From Moniliella sp. 'wahieum' (taxonomy: Eukaryota), in assembly GCA_003971905.1 (NCBI GenBank), contig RSEE01000004.1:744001-808000 (forward strand): a DNA stretch of 64,000 bases, written 5' to 3'. The notes under the pieces were generated by a model. The model was not told the origin of the DNA. It did not search any database and was given only the letters and a program-made list of their open reading frames with translations. Positions 1 to 11,602 of this stretch are shown in pieces; positions within the stretch are counted from its first letter, which is position 1, and the number at the start of each line of letters is the position of its first letter. The position numbers and the translations under genes are program-made.

Positions 1-1715
1 CTGGAGCTGGATCGACATGCAGGCTACAAATGAATGAAGCGGTGAGCGAGAACGTTCACTACTTCACTGGGCCTATAGCATTTTAGTAGTGTAGGGTACA
101 GGTCACCAACCGTCATACATAGGCCACAGGTCACATTGCATGACAGGCCACACGCATTACAATGTTCATCGATCTCATCACAGGCCGATCACTTGATCGC
201 AAGATCTGCAGGCTCTGAGTGCTAAGCGCTATCGCTGATCATCGATCGCATGTCACATGTCACATGTATGCCACACTTTTGGCGCTGGGCGCTAGATCGA
301 TTGTCGATAGTCGACGGAGGGCGATATGGACCTAGCAGGACCAGCCCGGTCAGCGCCGGCGCTCAGCCGGTCAGATCGAGGCCCGATCTCTTGCATCGGG
401 CCAGCAAGGGGGCAGTGCTGATATGTTTCTCATCACGCGTCACATGCATGTTACACGCCACGCTTATCCTCGCCACCAGCACTAGCCATGCTTCTGACCT
501 TTACATTGGCAGAACATACCCTATCTGGCTTGCTTTCTTCGGGATGCTCCGTTTGGGACTACGCGAGCCAACAGGACGAACCGGAACGCAGGATCCCGAA
601 CAGGCATGGTCGATGGTCAGTGTAGCTTGTAGGCTGAGGCGCTGAGGCGCGAAGGCTATGTGGTGCTGGCGTGGCCTGGTGTGGCCCCCCTGAGGCAGCC
701 TGAGAGGGGAGGCGGCCTGGGCCTAGAGGTGCAAAGCTGCATATCCAACGCGCTGCGCCACTGCTGCGCCTGAGACGGGCAGGCCGCCGATCGCTACACT
801 GGACGTTGCATTTTGAATCCCGCAGGCCTCATGCCATGCTCCATGCCTTGCACGAGCAGCCGCTGCATGCACTGGCAACAGAGCAGTGTCAATTTGGCTT
901 GTGCCCTGCCAGAGCACTGCTCCACAGCTGCCACAGCTGCCACACTGCCCTGCGTGGTAGGGCATTGGGGCAGACGGAGGCAGCACACACGCACTCATGC
1001 CCCGAGCTTGGTGGCTGCACGACGATTGCGGAGCTGGGAGCGTGTCTAACTATGTCTGAGCCCACGCTGGGCCAATGCGGGGGCGACAACGCACCCGCCT
1101 CGGTTGCTCTACGCACAGTTCTCCTGCCCTTCCCAGCGGCTCCCATCCGCTCGGAACAACACTCGACGAGGCGCAGCACTGGCCAGATGCAGAACGGCCC
1201 CTGCGCCGTTGTTCCTTCCAGCTTCAACGTACTCATCCTCTCCCACTCGCACAGCCGGGGCGATGGCCTGCGATGCATGTGGCGCTTCCTTCACACCGTG
1301 CGGTGCTGCACTGCTGCAATGACGCCAAGTGCCCCCGTGCCCGCCTGCAGCTGTTCGTTCCTCGACACCCTCGCCATCGTGCCATGCCCCCGGGCCTCTT
1401 GCGAGTTCAGAGTGTGTGGGATACGAGCGGGCTTTCCGAGCCAGTGAGTGACACATAAGGTAAGGTGCCACGCGCCACCCACCCCTCGGCGACAACTTCA
1501 GTCACTCTAGTCACTGTGTCCCATTTTATCTGGCTGCCTTTTCTGACTTTTGTTGGTCCCTCCCCCCGCCTTCCTTTCCTCCACCAGCTCCTGCCCCCAT
1601 CCCTGACCAAGACCCACGTTCGCCTTCCCATCACGCTCTCTACTCTGGACGTCCCCAGTATCTCCCTCTTTTGCTCTCGATTCGCCAACGCCTGCCTTCT
1701 CCCATTCCCGCGACC

Positions 1716-2547
1716 ATGCTGCCTCGGCCACTCGCTGCCGTTGTCACTGCTGTTATTGCGGCTGTGGCAGTCATTGTGCCTGCCCATGCCCACGCTTAAC
1801 AATGTCACTTCTCTCGAAGGCACTTGGTCCAGTGGCTCGGGTAACGTTACTACAGGTCTCTCCTTCTTCAACCCTAGTAATGCCGCTTTCACCATCCATC
1901 ATCTGGGGCGCAGGCCTACTCCTTCACCGACGATGGCTTCTTTGAGCAGGCCAAGTACATCTACACATCGAATGGTGCGTTCCTGTACCCCTTCTTCGCT
2001 TGCTTCCCTGGCCTATATTCTGACACCTGCACCAGCTACAGTCAACCGATGCGTGAAGGCCTCGCTCATCTGGCAGCATGGCACGTACGTGATCAACTCC
2101 AATGGAAGTTTATCCCTCCAACCCTGGAAAACCGATGGAAAGATTATGATTATCGATGCCTGTGGCGCCCAAACACTCACTCAATACTACTACTACAACC
2201 TGAGCTCATCCCCTTGTGTACAACTACCTTGAGCCTGATTCGGGCTTTGGACCAAACGATCCTGCTAAGGAAAGCACGATGTATGCCCTGCAAATGTTCC
2301 AAGATGGAGGTGGTGGCCAGGCTGGAACGAAGATGGTACGTCTCTCTCTGCTTTGCTCCCCCTTTCCCTTACGACGACTAATTGGCTACCACAGTCTGTA
2401 ATGTACCTCCAGCTACGTCCTCCAAACATGTTGCCCACCCAAGTTCTAGGGGAAAAAGTGCTCAACTCAGCCGCCCTTGCTTCATCCTCGGCCACTGCAG
2501 CAACCAGCTCGAGTACGCCTGATCGACGACGCCGCTTCCGGGCATGA
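1716..2547 (+). CDS. ROT1: ER chaperone Rot1 (multi-exon, frameshifted in this assembly)
   Basis: ATG at 1716 gives a signal peptide (MLPRPLAAVVTAVIAAVAVIVPA). Rot1 motifs follow across frames: SLEGTWSSGSGNVTTGLSFFNP, YSFTDDGFFEQAKY, LIWQHGTY, PWKTDGK, MYLQLRPPNMLPTQ. Introns at ~1975-2035 and ~2336-2394. Confidence 0.85.
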
Positions 2548-3847
2548 AGGAAACGGGACACTTTCTGTTCTTCCTTTCATGTGAATGCTTGCCACCCTCG
2601 CTGGCCTCGCTTCTGTACTGTGGCATTGGTCCCATCTCTCTCTACCTCCTGATCTCACTGGTTTTCAACGTCCTTGCTATCTCTGCCGATACAGTAAAAA
2701 AAACCATCCCTACGCCGCTCCCTATTACCCCCTTCCCGACTCTCCTCGCATATCGTCTCTCATGCCTGAGACGCCCTCATCACGGGTTTGCCTGTGTCTT
2801 ATTCCTTCACTCCCCCATATCTCGCTACGGCGGAGATTCGGTTTCCTGTTGATTACGGATTCTTGCTGCTTATCTAGAATGTCAGTTGCTCCCACCACCC
2901 ATTGATGTATGCAACAAGTGCTGGGACTTGCGGTTCCATAGGTAGGATAAGGTTCCTTGTCATATATCACCCCCTGTATCACCACTTTTGACCTAACCGA
3001 AGCCCCTACACTTGTATACTCCGGTTTATTCGCGCTCGTGTCTTTTCAAGGTGTGGCACAATGCTTAATAGACGTGACCCACCACCAACAACGCCATTGC
3101 ATATCAATATACTTCTCCAGAGTTTCTCTACCCATTCGGTCTTGCAACAAGTTCTTTATTACGACAGCTCTTTCTTTCCATATCCTTGCGGAAGTTGGCC
3201 TGCCTTGCCTTGCATGCGCCACCCCAAAACCTAGAGGAGCTCGTACCGGAGTCGGCAAGTGCCGAGCTATATTCTTTTCGTGCTGGATATTGAGATCAAG
3301 AGGAACAATCCTCAATGCTCCTGGGAAGTGTGCACCTCTCTTTTCTGCTCTCTGTCCTCCCCACCTTCCGCGACGCGTCAGCATCAAAAGACGCGTGTTT
3401 TAACTTGTTCAATGCTATGCACTGTCGCAATCGGGTGGGTGTGGCATCCATATCAAGACCTGCGTTCATTGTGACGAGCGACTGGTGAAGGACACGTCTT
3501 TTCTCTTTCGTATTAAGGCATCACACAGATATTTTCGACTCTCGATATTTTCCCCATCCTTATGTCGATCAAAAGCTATTAGCTATAGAGTGAGTGCCGT
3601 TAGTGCGTTGATAGACTGAATGTCCTGGCGTTGGCTTGTTTATCTTCACAGGTAGAGATCTCGTGAAAGGTCCCTCGTAGCATCGTACCAATGCCAGTCC
3701 AACAGAGGATCACCTGGTGTGGCTTGCGTCCCCCCCCATATCAGATGATCGATACGGCAGTCGACCTGCTGTGGGTCGAAGGGAAGCGAATACACACAGG
3801 CGTCTTTTTCACTGAACGTGTTGAAATTTGAAAGCCATGGACCAACC

Positions 3848-3874
3848 ATCGATCATCGATCATCGATCATCGAA
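3848..3874. repeat. (CATCGAT)n 7-bp microsatellite, ~4 copies
   Basis: catcgatcatcgatcatcgatcatcga read directly. Confidence 0.9.
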
Positions 3875-4151
3875 CACCTTTGACCATTTCAAACTTCAAG
3901 CCTGGTGGAATGTGCTGCTCCGCGCACAGGCTGAGTAGCTTGGTCTGTGCACTGCCCGTTTCGGCCCCAGTTTGCGTGAAAGACCGGTGTCATTTTCTGC
4001 CCCGCCATCACTAGGTCTGGCGCCCAACGTCAACCAACTGCGTTCGCTCTCTCAGCTCGCTCGCTCTGTCTACCACCTAAAGCAAGGCCATTCTCTTTGC
4101 TTCCCGTCCCTCCACCCCCCAAGGCCACCATTCATCCACCTGCCCCAAATC

Positions 4152-5433
4152 ATGCCAGGCCAAGTCCGAGGCCTTATTACGACTGCCCTTCTTGGCACCG
4201 TGGTGGGCGTATCCATTTGCTTCGTTGCCTACCAAGGCCCCTTTGGCGAAGTGGAACGAGGTCTGCGCGAAGGTCATGCCCATGTCATGCGCCAGTTGGG
4301 CGTATCTTCCACAGTAGACACAATTGCGGCTTCCCTTGACACCCGCTTCTCTTCAACTCCTCTGGCTCCAATTTGGGATACAGCCATGGATCTGTTTTGG
4401 GCGCTTGTTTTGTTCTTCAAGAACACGCTTGCCACCCGTTTTGGCCGCGGCGAGTTCATGTACCTCTCTATGGCTGCCGCTCCCTTGGTCTCCAGTATGT
4501 TCTTGGACGCCCTGAGGGAATCTAGCTGCACAGCGCTTTTGGTGCCGTGGTTCGTCTTCATTCTGTCAGTAGGTCAAGTTGCTATTGGGGGCTACGTTGA
4601 ACATCCTTTACATTCCTTGGTATGCTTGGTACCGCCTTCGCCAAACCCGAACCCCCGCTTTTGTGCCTCATACACCAGCGCCTGCGTTGGGTCTTGGGTT
4701 CTTCCACATCGCCTCGGCTGCCTACGGTGCCTCAGCGATGTTGACGACGTTTCTCGGGGTGGACCATAAAATGTGGATCTGGAGCAATATTGCCTTCCAC
4801 TTTTCGCCCCTCTTCTTTCTCCCCTTGACCCTGTGGCCCGCGGCACGCAAGCTCTTTAAAGTTGCGCCAGGGGACAAAAAGAACCATTCCGCGCTGATTG
4901 ACCTACATTGGACCACCAACGCCATGACCTATTTGGGTTACATGTTTGCCATGTGGCTCATGTGGGATGAAGGAAAGGTCCTTCTCAGTACCCTGGCTAG
5001 CGGGTATGGTACCCGTTAGACGGCGCTACTTTGATTCATTCCCCTAGGGCTTACCCTCGAATCCGTTCACGCCCTGGTTCAAAAGGGTGGCATTACTTGT
5101 GATGGCCTATGGCTGTTTTGTGTTTGACACGTTGGGTATCATGCTGGCCGAGTACTTCGTCGTCGTGATTGACTCGTATGCAGATGATCTCCAAGTGGAG
5201 CGCACCAAAGTTGTTCGGATCCATCCCCCACGCCGAGTCCTGGAAGATGTAAGCTGTGCGCCGTGCTTGACCGCCGAATCTGAATACTGACTTATTGTGT
5301 TCTCTCAGTGGATCCTATCTGCGCCCACTTCGTCTTCTTTGGCCCGGGGTGGCTCTTCAGCAACTACCTCTGGTTGCGCGAAGTCGCTGCCCAAACTGCG
5401 AGCACTGGAGAGGCGGAAAGCAAAGACGAGTGA
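4152..5433 (+). CDS. Hypothetical multi-pass membrane protein
   Basis: Consecutive hydrophobic ORF segments (3972..4769, 4579..5019, 5087..5290) joined by frameshifts and introns (e.g. GTAAGC at ~5249 to CAG at ~5309). It ends WLREVAAQTASTGEAESKDE-stop. Confidence 0.65.
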
Positions 5434-5907
5434 GCCCACCTTTCACATTGACATCCCCATTTGAAAGGCGGTTGTGCCACAGGGGGTGGGAAGGGTAGGA
5501 CCATCATCATGATTATCTCTAGGATTTTATCTTCCCGTCCTCGTGCTAGCTTGCTTATCGAACATGCCGTGTTAATGAGGACAAGGTCTACAGAGAAGGA
5601 GAAAGGGGGAGAAGGTGATGGATCTATTCCGAGAGAGGAACCAGTTTAGGGGCAGACACATGGGGAGAGCCGGATAGACTTGGCATGCTTCCTACCTCAG
5701 CAGCCACAGTTTGTCGCAGCCCTCTACGACAGAGTTGCTCACTCGCATTTCAAGGTTACTAACTGGTACACGTACGCCATCTACGCCCCTCTCTGTCCCT
5801 GCATCGGTGCCTAGTCTACTGGCCATTTAGGTCCGGCTTATCTAGACCCGAAGCAAAGCGCGGCTGGCTACAGCGAAGTGTAGAAGAGCTTTTGCAGCGT
5901 AATCCTC

Positions 5908-5970
5908 GGTCTGCTACACTTATCGCACCTGGTCTGCTACATTTATCACACCTGGTCTGCTACACCTTAC
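5908..5970. repeat. 23-bp tandem repeat, ~2.7 copies (GGTCTGCTACACTTATCGCACCT)
   Basis: Units at 5908-5930, 5931-5953 and 5954-5970. Confidence 0.9.
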
Positions 5971-6091
5971 ATCTCGCATTGGTCCTCCGTAAGGTGGCAC
6001 CGCTTTGGCGTGCTCATCCAACGTTCATACACAACTTAGACAAAGGCACCGAATAGGTAGGACTGGTTGATAAGAGGAAACGCCCCCGCCC

Positions 6092-7399
6092 CTAATTCAC
6101 GAATGACCAGGTCAACCCCAAAGACATCAAAAAGAGACTAACGCCCCACCCGCGGTAGATAGACTCGATCCCTTCTTCCTGTACCATGGTCTGGAGGCAG
6201 TCCACCAACCCGACGTAGGGTCGTACCGTACCGTTCCCGGCATCTGCCTCAATTTCCGAGGAAGCGCAGGGACGAAGGATGACCACGGGCTCCTCTGAAT
6301 CGCCTGGTTGCGAAGGCAAACGAGATTCAGCATGCGCCTGCCATGCCCCCAGTGGTGCCTCCTCATCGTCCTCCTCTTGCTCAGGGGCGTCATTAGGTGG
6401 GCCAGAGTGCGAGACGGGGTTGATTGACGCGCCCGGGGCAGCCACGGCGGGCGAACCCGATTCCCGCGGGCGTTGGGTTGCGAGCCGAACCGTTGCGCAT
6501 TCCAAGGGGATGCTGACGGCCAAGGTCAGTGCTTGGCACACGACGAAGACAGCCAGGCTGAATGCTGACACTCGTAGAGCGTCAGATGTTCTCGTGGAGG
6601 TATCGGCAGGAAGGTCTGCAGTGGTGACAGTCCCGACGCGCGCGCTCCCGAAGCAGATTTTGCGTGCGATAGGTAGGACCAACCCACTGAGGATTGCCTG
6701 CAGAACACTGACGCTGAACATACCCGGCAAAGCATACAGTCTCCAAGGCTGCCTGAGTTCTCCGGGACTCAGCAACTCGTGCAGATTCGACAAGGGCTGC
6801 GTCCAGGGAAGAGCCTTGGGATGGACAATGGTGCTGGATACCGGGGAAAGCATGATTAGCGTATGGCCGTGACGGGAAAAAGCAGGGCAAGCAAACTCAC
6901 CGATTGGAAAATGGACATGGGCAAGTCCACCAACGTTATGATCAGAATATTGATGAACATGGGGAAGATACCGATCTCGCCAGTTTCCGCCGCTTTTTTC
7001 CATTGCGACCCGGACGCAACAAAGGGTGCAATGATGATGAAGCCAAAAATCATGATCCAGATCGTCTCCAGCGCCGTTGGGAACGCACCGCGGTACAGCC
7101 CGGTCCGGCCCTCAATCTGCACGACGCGTTTGGCCATTCCGAACACGCCCGATGTGACAGGACCAATCTTTATAGGCTCGGTGCGAATGGAAAGAAACCA
7201 CGACTGCGCTCCGACGAGGCGTTTCGCTCTCCTCGGCCACGCCCAAGGACACGGCGCGAGGCAAGTAGTTGGCCCGCAGACGCGCCATTGAACTGACGAG
7301 CGGCTGAACGAGCACCGTCGACACGGCGATCATCACGACAAGGAATACCAGCGTCAGCAATGCGACCATAATGAGACCGGGCAGATTCATGGTGCGCAT
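6092..7399 (-). CDS. Mitochondrial-carrier-domain (SLC25-like) protein, degenerate
   Basis: Carrier-type motifs: QPLVSSMARLRANY, GVFGMAKRVVQIEGRTGLYRG, IPLECATVRLATQR, YVGLVDCLQTMVQEEGIESIYRG. Spread over ORFs 7112..7399, 6856..7146 and 6092..7003. Confidence 0.7.
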
Positions 7400-7728
7400 A
7401 ATGGTGGTGGCGTTGCGAGCCTGCTGATGGCCAGCCTCGGCCAGACGATGCGCAGCGGGCGCCTATCGGTGCAACGCCCCGGCTACGGCGGGTGTGCTCG
7501 GGCCACGCAATGTGGCGACGCATGCGCTCGGATGCTACTCGGCACACACGCCGTCACCTATCCGAAATCATGCATCGCCTGCCACGCGTCACGCGCTGCA
7601 CGGGGGCGCTGGGTCACGTGAGCCCGCCGCGCCCCAACAAACACCTGGGCTGGCTCCTGCTGGATAGATGAGCACGCGCCCATCGGAGGCACACGCTGTT
7701 TGCTGTTTGTCCACCACACGCGAGCAGC

Positions 7729-10700
7729 ATGTCCCGCAGCGAGGCCAAACTCCGCCGCCTCGCGCACGCCCTCAGCCGCGCTGCGCCGCGCCCAACCCCC
7801 ACCCTGCCTTGCCCTCCCCGACGCGCATTCGGAGCAGCAGCCGGACGCACCCACCACCACCCTCGATGCGCTCGCGCCGCACCTTTCCTTGATGCAGGGC
7901 AGCGACTGGACGCAGTATGCCGCAGACGAGTCCATCCTGCACCCCGACCCGCTTCCCCACTTTGATGCCAGCCTCTCCATTCTCCCCGACGCCAGCCACC
8001 ACGCCGGCCTCGCCCGCGCGGGGCGAGGACGCACTGGACGACCCGATCCGAGAGGTGATCAGTGCAGCCGACGAGGCTGTCCAGGCCTTCCATTTCCGCC
8101 TGGTCGAACTCTCTGTCTCTCACGCAGCCGAAGCAGAACAAACGTCCCGCTCTTTGGCAGCATCAGTGGCTAAGGCAACCACGCCGAAGCGGAACGGGCG
8201 GTACTCCAAGTGGAGCGAGACGAAGCTCTTTCCATGGCATTGAGGCACGGGAGCAAGTATCAGCTCTCACCGTGCCCTGGAAGCAGCGACAGGCGCCAAG
8301 AAAGCTCAAGCAGAGCAGACTGTTGCAGATGCCCTCTTGGCTTAGCATGAGCGACTCCGAGAGGTGGAAGAGGCGCAACGGAGGGAGGAGAAGGCTGCAC
8401 TTCTGGTCGCATGGCGGCGCAAGCAGAGGAACAAGAACTCAAGCTCCGCGCCTGGCCCGAAGGCATTCGAACAACATTCACAATGGCTTGCCCTTCCCCG
8501 GGAGGGAAGGAAACGGGCACTCTTACCGTCCGCTTCACCTGCGAACAGGCCACGGAAATCGGAGCCTCTTCCGATGATTCACACACGATCTACCCCTTTC
8601 CAAGGACGAGAATTCTCCCCCTGTTCAAGAGGAGAAGGAGGATGATCGGATATCCCAACTAGAGGCCAAGCTTCTGCGCCGGACCGAGCAGCTGGGTCAA
8701 GTTCAGCTTAACCTGCGCAAGCAGGAGAGGAAGGGGACCAAGCCCGTTTTGCCGCTGAAGTGGCAGAGCAGGAGGCCTCCCTTCTCCGCACAAGAGTGGG
8801 GGAATCTGAGACTGCCCTAGCCGCTATGCGGGAAAAGCTCGCAACCGTGCAAACTGAGTTACGCAACGCCAAGGTGTCCGAAGAGCAAGAGCAACAGGAC
8901 GCGCAGCATACACAAGAAGATCGGCTCGTTGAGCGCGTAGCCCAGCTGGAAGCGGAGGTGAAAGATCTCCACACGGCGCTGGATGTTGCGGAAGCCGCGC
9001 GCGCATCCCTCCAAGGGAGGAGAGGGTGCGGTCCAACGTGCTCGGGAGGCATATCAAGAAAGCAAGGCGCTTCGTGCTGAGCTGGCATCCGCCGTGAGCA
9101 GCTCACACGCTTTCCCAGAGCAAGGCAGAAGTGGCGGACAGCTCCTAACAGAGAGGACTAGGATTGTCGAGATTCTCCAAGAACGGGAAACTCTGCTCCA
9201 AGCGCACAAGACACACGAGGAGACTCTTCAACAGGCTCGGGTCAAACGGAGGTCGTGCAAACAGAATTGGAAGCTAGTCGCATGGCGTATGCGCAGGCGC
9301 AAGAAGCTATGCGAGACGCCCAGACCGAGGTGGAGCGTCTCGTTCGCAATGTGCTTCAACCGAGGAGGAGAATGCTCGCCTTCTCTCCCTCCTTTCGGAA
9401 AAGGACAAGAACACACTTCCCTTTCTGCGGCACTTGCTTCGGCCAATGAACGGGCGCTCGAGGAAAGCACATTCGCAACTCGGGCCGCAGAGGAGCAAAT
9501 GCTCCTTCAGCAAAAGCTGGCACGGACCGAGCGGTCGTTGTCTAAGATGAAGAGTGCACTGGAGGCGCAGACGGAGGAGGCGACGCCGGAGGAAGGCTCT
9601 CGGCCAACAGAAGGTGAGCTTCAAGCTGTCCAAGCTGAGAGGGATTCTCTCCTCTCCCAGCTTTCCCATCTCTCTGTTCACGTGGCCGCCGTGGAGACAC
9701 GCTGGGCCCATTCGCTTGCATTGCTAAGAAGGACAAGGGAAGAAGTCATTGCCCATCAGGCGTCACAGGACCAACTGAAGAATATGCTTCTCAGTGCCCA
9801 CAACGAACAGAAAAGGCTACTTGAGGGGACTGCGGATATGGAAACCCGTCTGCACACAGGCTCGAGACACCATTTCCAAGTTGGAGGAGGAACGAGCCCA
9901 GTTGATCGAGGCTCAGATGGGGTCAAAGAAGGATGAGCAAGCCAGTGAGGCTGCCCGTGAAGAGAATGCTGTACTCTCTGCGCGTGTGGAGGAGATGACA
10001 GCGCATCTGACAACATTACGCCAAGACAAGGTTGCCTCTGAGTCGAAGCGGGAAGAAGCGGTGAAGGAGCTGGCAACGGCGAAAGAAACGGTCCAGGTTA
10101 TGGAGGCAGAGTTGGCCAAGCAAAGGATGCTCAGAGCAAGGTGGCATTGGAGTCGGCTTCTCTTCGGGACAAGGTGCAAGTCGTGGAAAAGCAGTGCTGA
10201 CGCCCAAGCCGCTCGCAGCGAGGCAGAAGAAAAGCTGGCGTTGCTCAAAAACCAATTACAGGAGGTGCAGCAGCAGCGTTCGGAAGCCGTCAAAGCTCTC
10301 GAGGCCGTCAGAAGTGAGATGGAGAGGGAAAAGGTCCCAGCGCTGAGCAAGTTCAGTTACAGACCGAACTCGACCAGCTGTATGTTTTCTCCTTATCTGC
10401 TTTGGTTGAATTGAAAACTAACCTATATTCTGTCACAGACGCATAAGCAAGGAAGATCTTCAAGAACAAGTCTCGGAGTTGACGTCGCTTGTGGAGCAAC
10501 AGGCAGCCGAAATTGAGGGGTACGACGACCGGGTTCTGGAACTGAAGAACAGCAAAGAAGGTGCAGAGCAAGCTGGCCAAGGTCCAAGCCGAGCGGGAAG
10601 GATTGCGACAACGCCTGGATCGGGCCCTTGCGGATGGCGGGAGAAGCGGGAAGGATGAATGGGCTACCTGGGTGGGATCCACACAAGATCTCCCTCCAAG

Positions 10701-11043
10701 AGCGCGTCGCCAAGCAAAGTGCGCGTTGTGGGGGGCAAAGCGCCCCTGTCCCTCTGACGATGCGCCCGTGCGGCCTGGACCTGGGCCGAGCAGCGTGGGG
10801 GTGCAGAGTGTGCCCGGCGGGCTGGGGGTCAAACCGTCGAACCAGGTGCATGTCCGGCCCGCCGGGCAGACACAAACGAGACGGGGACAGAGAAGCCACT
10901 CCAGCCTGCTCTCGGCGGGGCCGGGGAGAAGAGAAGCGATGTGTCTCGTCTTCGGCAGCAGCTGCTGGGCACAAGGTGGGCGGGGTGAGGGGGGGAGCAG
11001 TAGCGAAGGAGGCAGCGTCGATGGACGACTGCAGCTGGCATGA
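7729..11043 (+). CDS. Long coiled-coil protein (~1000 aa), function unknown
   Basis: Successive E/Q/A/L/R-rich heptad segments in shifting frames (8760..9080, 8983..9936, 9794..10414, 10561..11043). Intron GTATGT ~10380 ... CTAAC ... CAG ~10438. Confidence 0.7.
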
Positions 11044-11315
11044 ATGAAATGAAAGATGTGTACCTGTGCTGCTGGCTTCTGGCAGGAGGTAGCACTCCAT
11101 CGTAGGCCGGGGGAAGTGGGCATGCCGAGAGCGCTCGGGCCAGGTGGAGGGACTGCTGGCGGAGACAGGCGATGGCGGATACATACCATGGGAATCTGGA
11201 ATGCAACATCTATACACGTCCCTCGGCTGCTATAGCTACTAGTGCTACTGAGAAGCATAGCTTACCCGCCTTTGGCCTCGGGGGAGACACAGGTGGGACG
11301 CTGCGCTGCGCCCGG

Positions 11316-11390
11316 TTGATTGATCGTCGATGATTGATGATCGATGATCGATGATCGATGATCGATGATCGACCGTCGATGGCGTCGACG
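11316..11390. repeat. (GATCGAT)n array with degenerate flanks
   Basis: gatgatcgatgatcgatgatcgatgatcgatgatcgaccgtcgat read directly. Confidence 0.9.
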
Positions 11391-11602
11391 GCATGCGGGG
11401 ACCGAGGCGTCGGAGCAGCGACGCTCGCATGCGCACAAGCGACGGCAGGCCGCAGACAGATGCAGGGAGGTGCTGGGCCTGCCAATAAAAAAGGCGCACC
11501 AGACAACCAGTGCGCCAGCCTCACGCATTCTCCCTGGCGCTGCAGCGCCTCACCGGTCACCAGGTCACCCATTTGCATTCGCGCGCCTCGCCTGCTTCCC
11601 AG

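Noticed and set aside
760..1500. Overlapping Cys/His-rich ORFs (e.g. 806..1447)
   Set aside because: Composition follows from TGCA/CATG-rich low-complexity DNA; no metal-binding spacing or family motif.
2700..3850. AT-richer stretch with 70-150 aa ORFs
   Set aside because: No recognisable protein, terminal repeats or target-site duplication; treated as unexplained intergenic DNA.
5908..5970. CRISPR-like repeat
   Set aside because: Units are contiguous with no spacers, the context is eukaryotic, and there are no cas genes.
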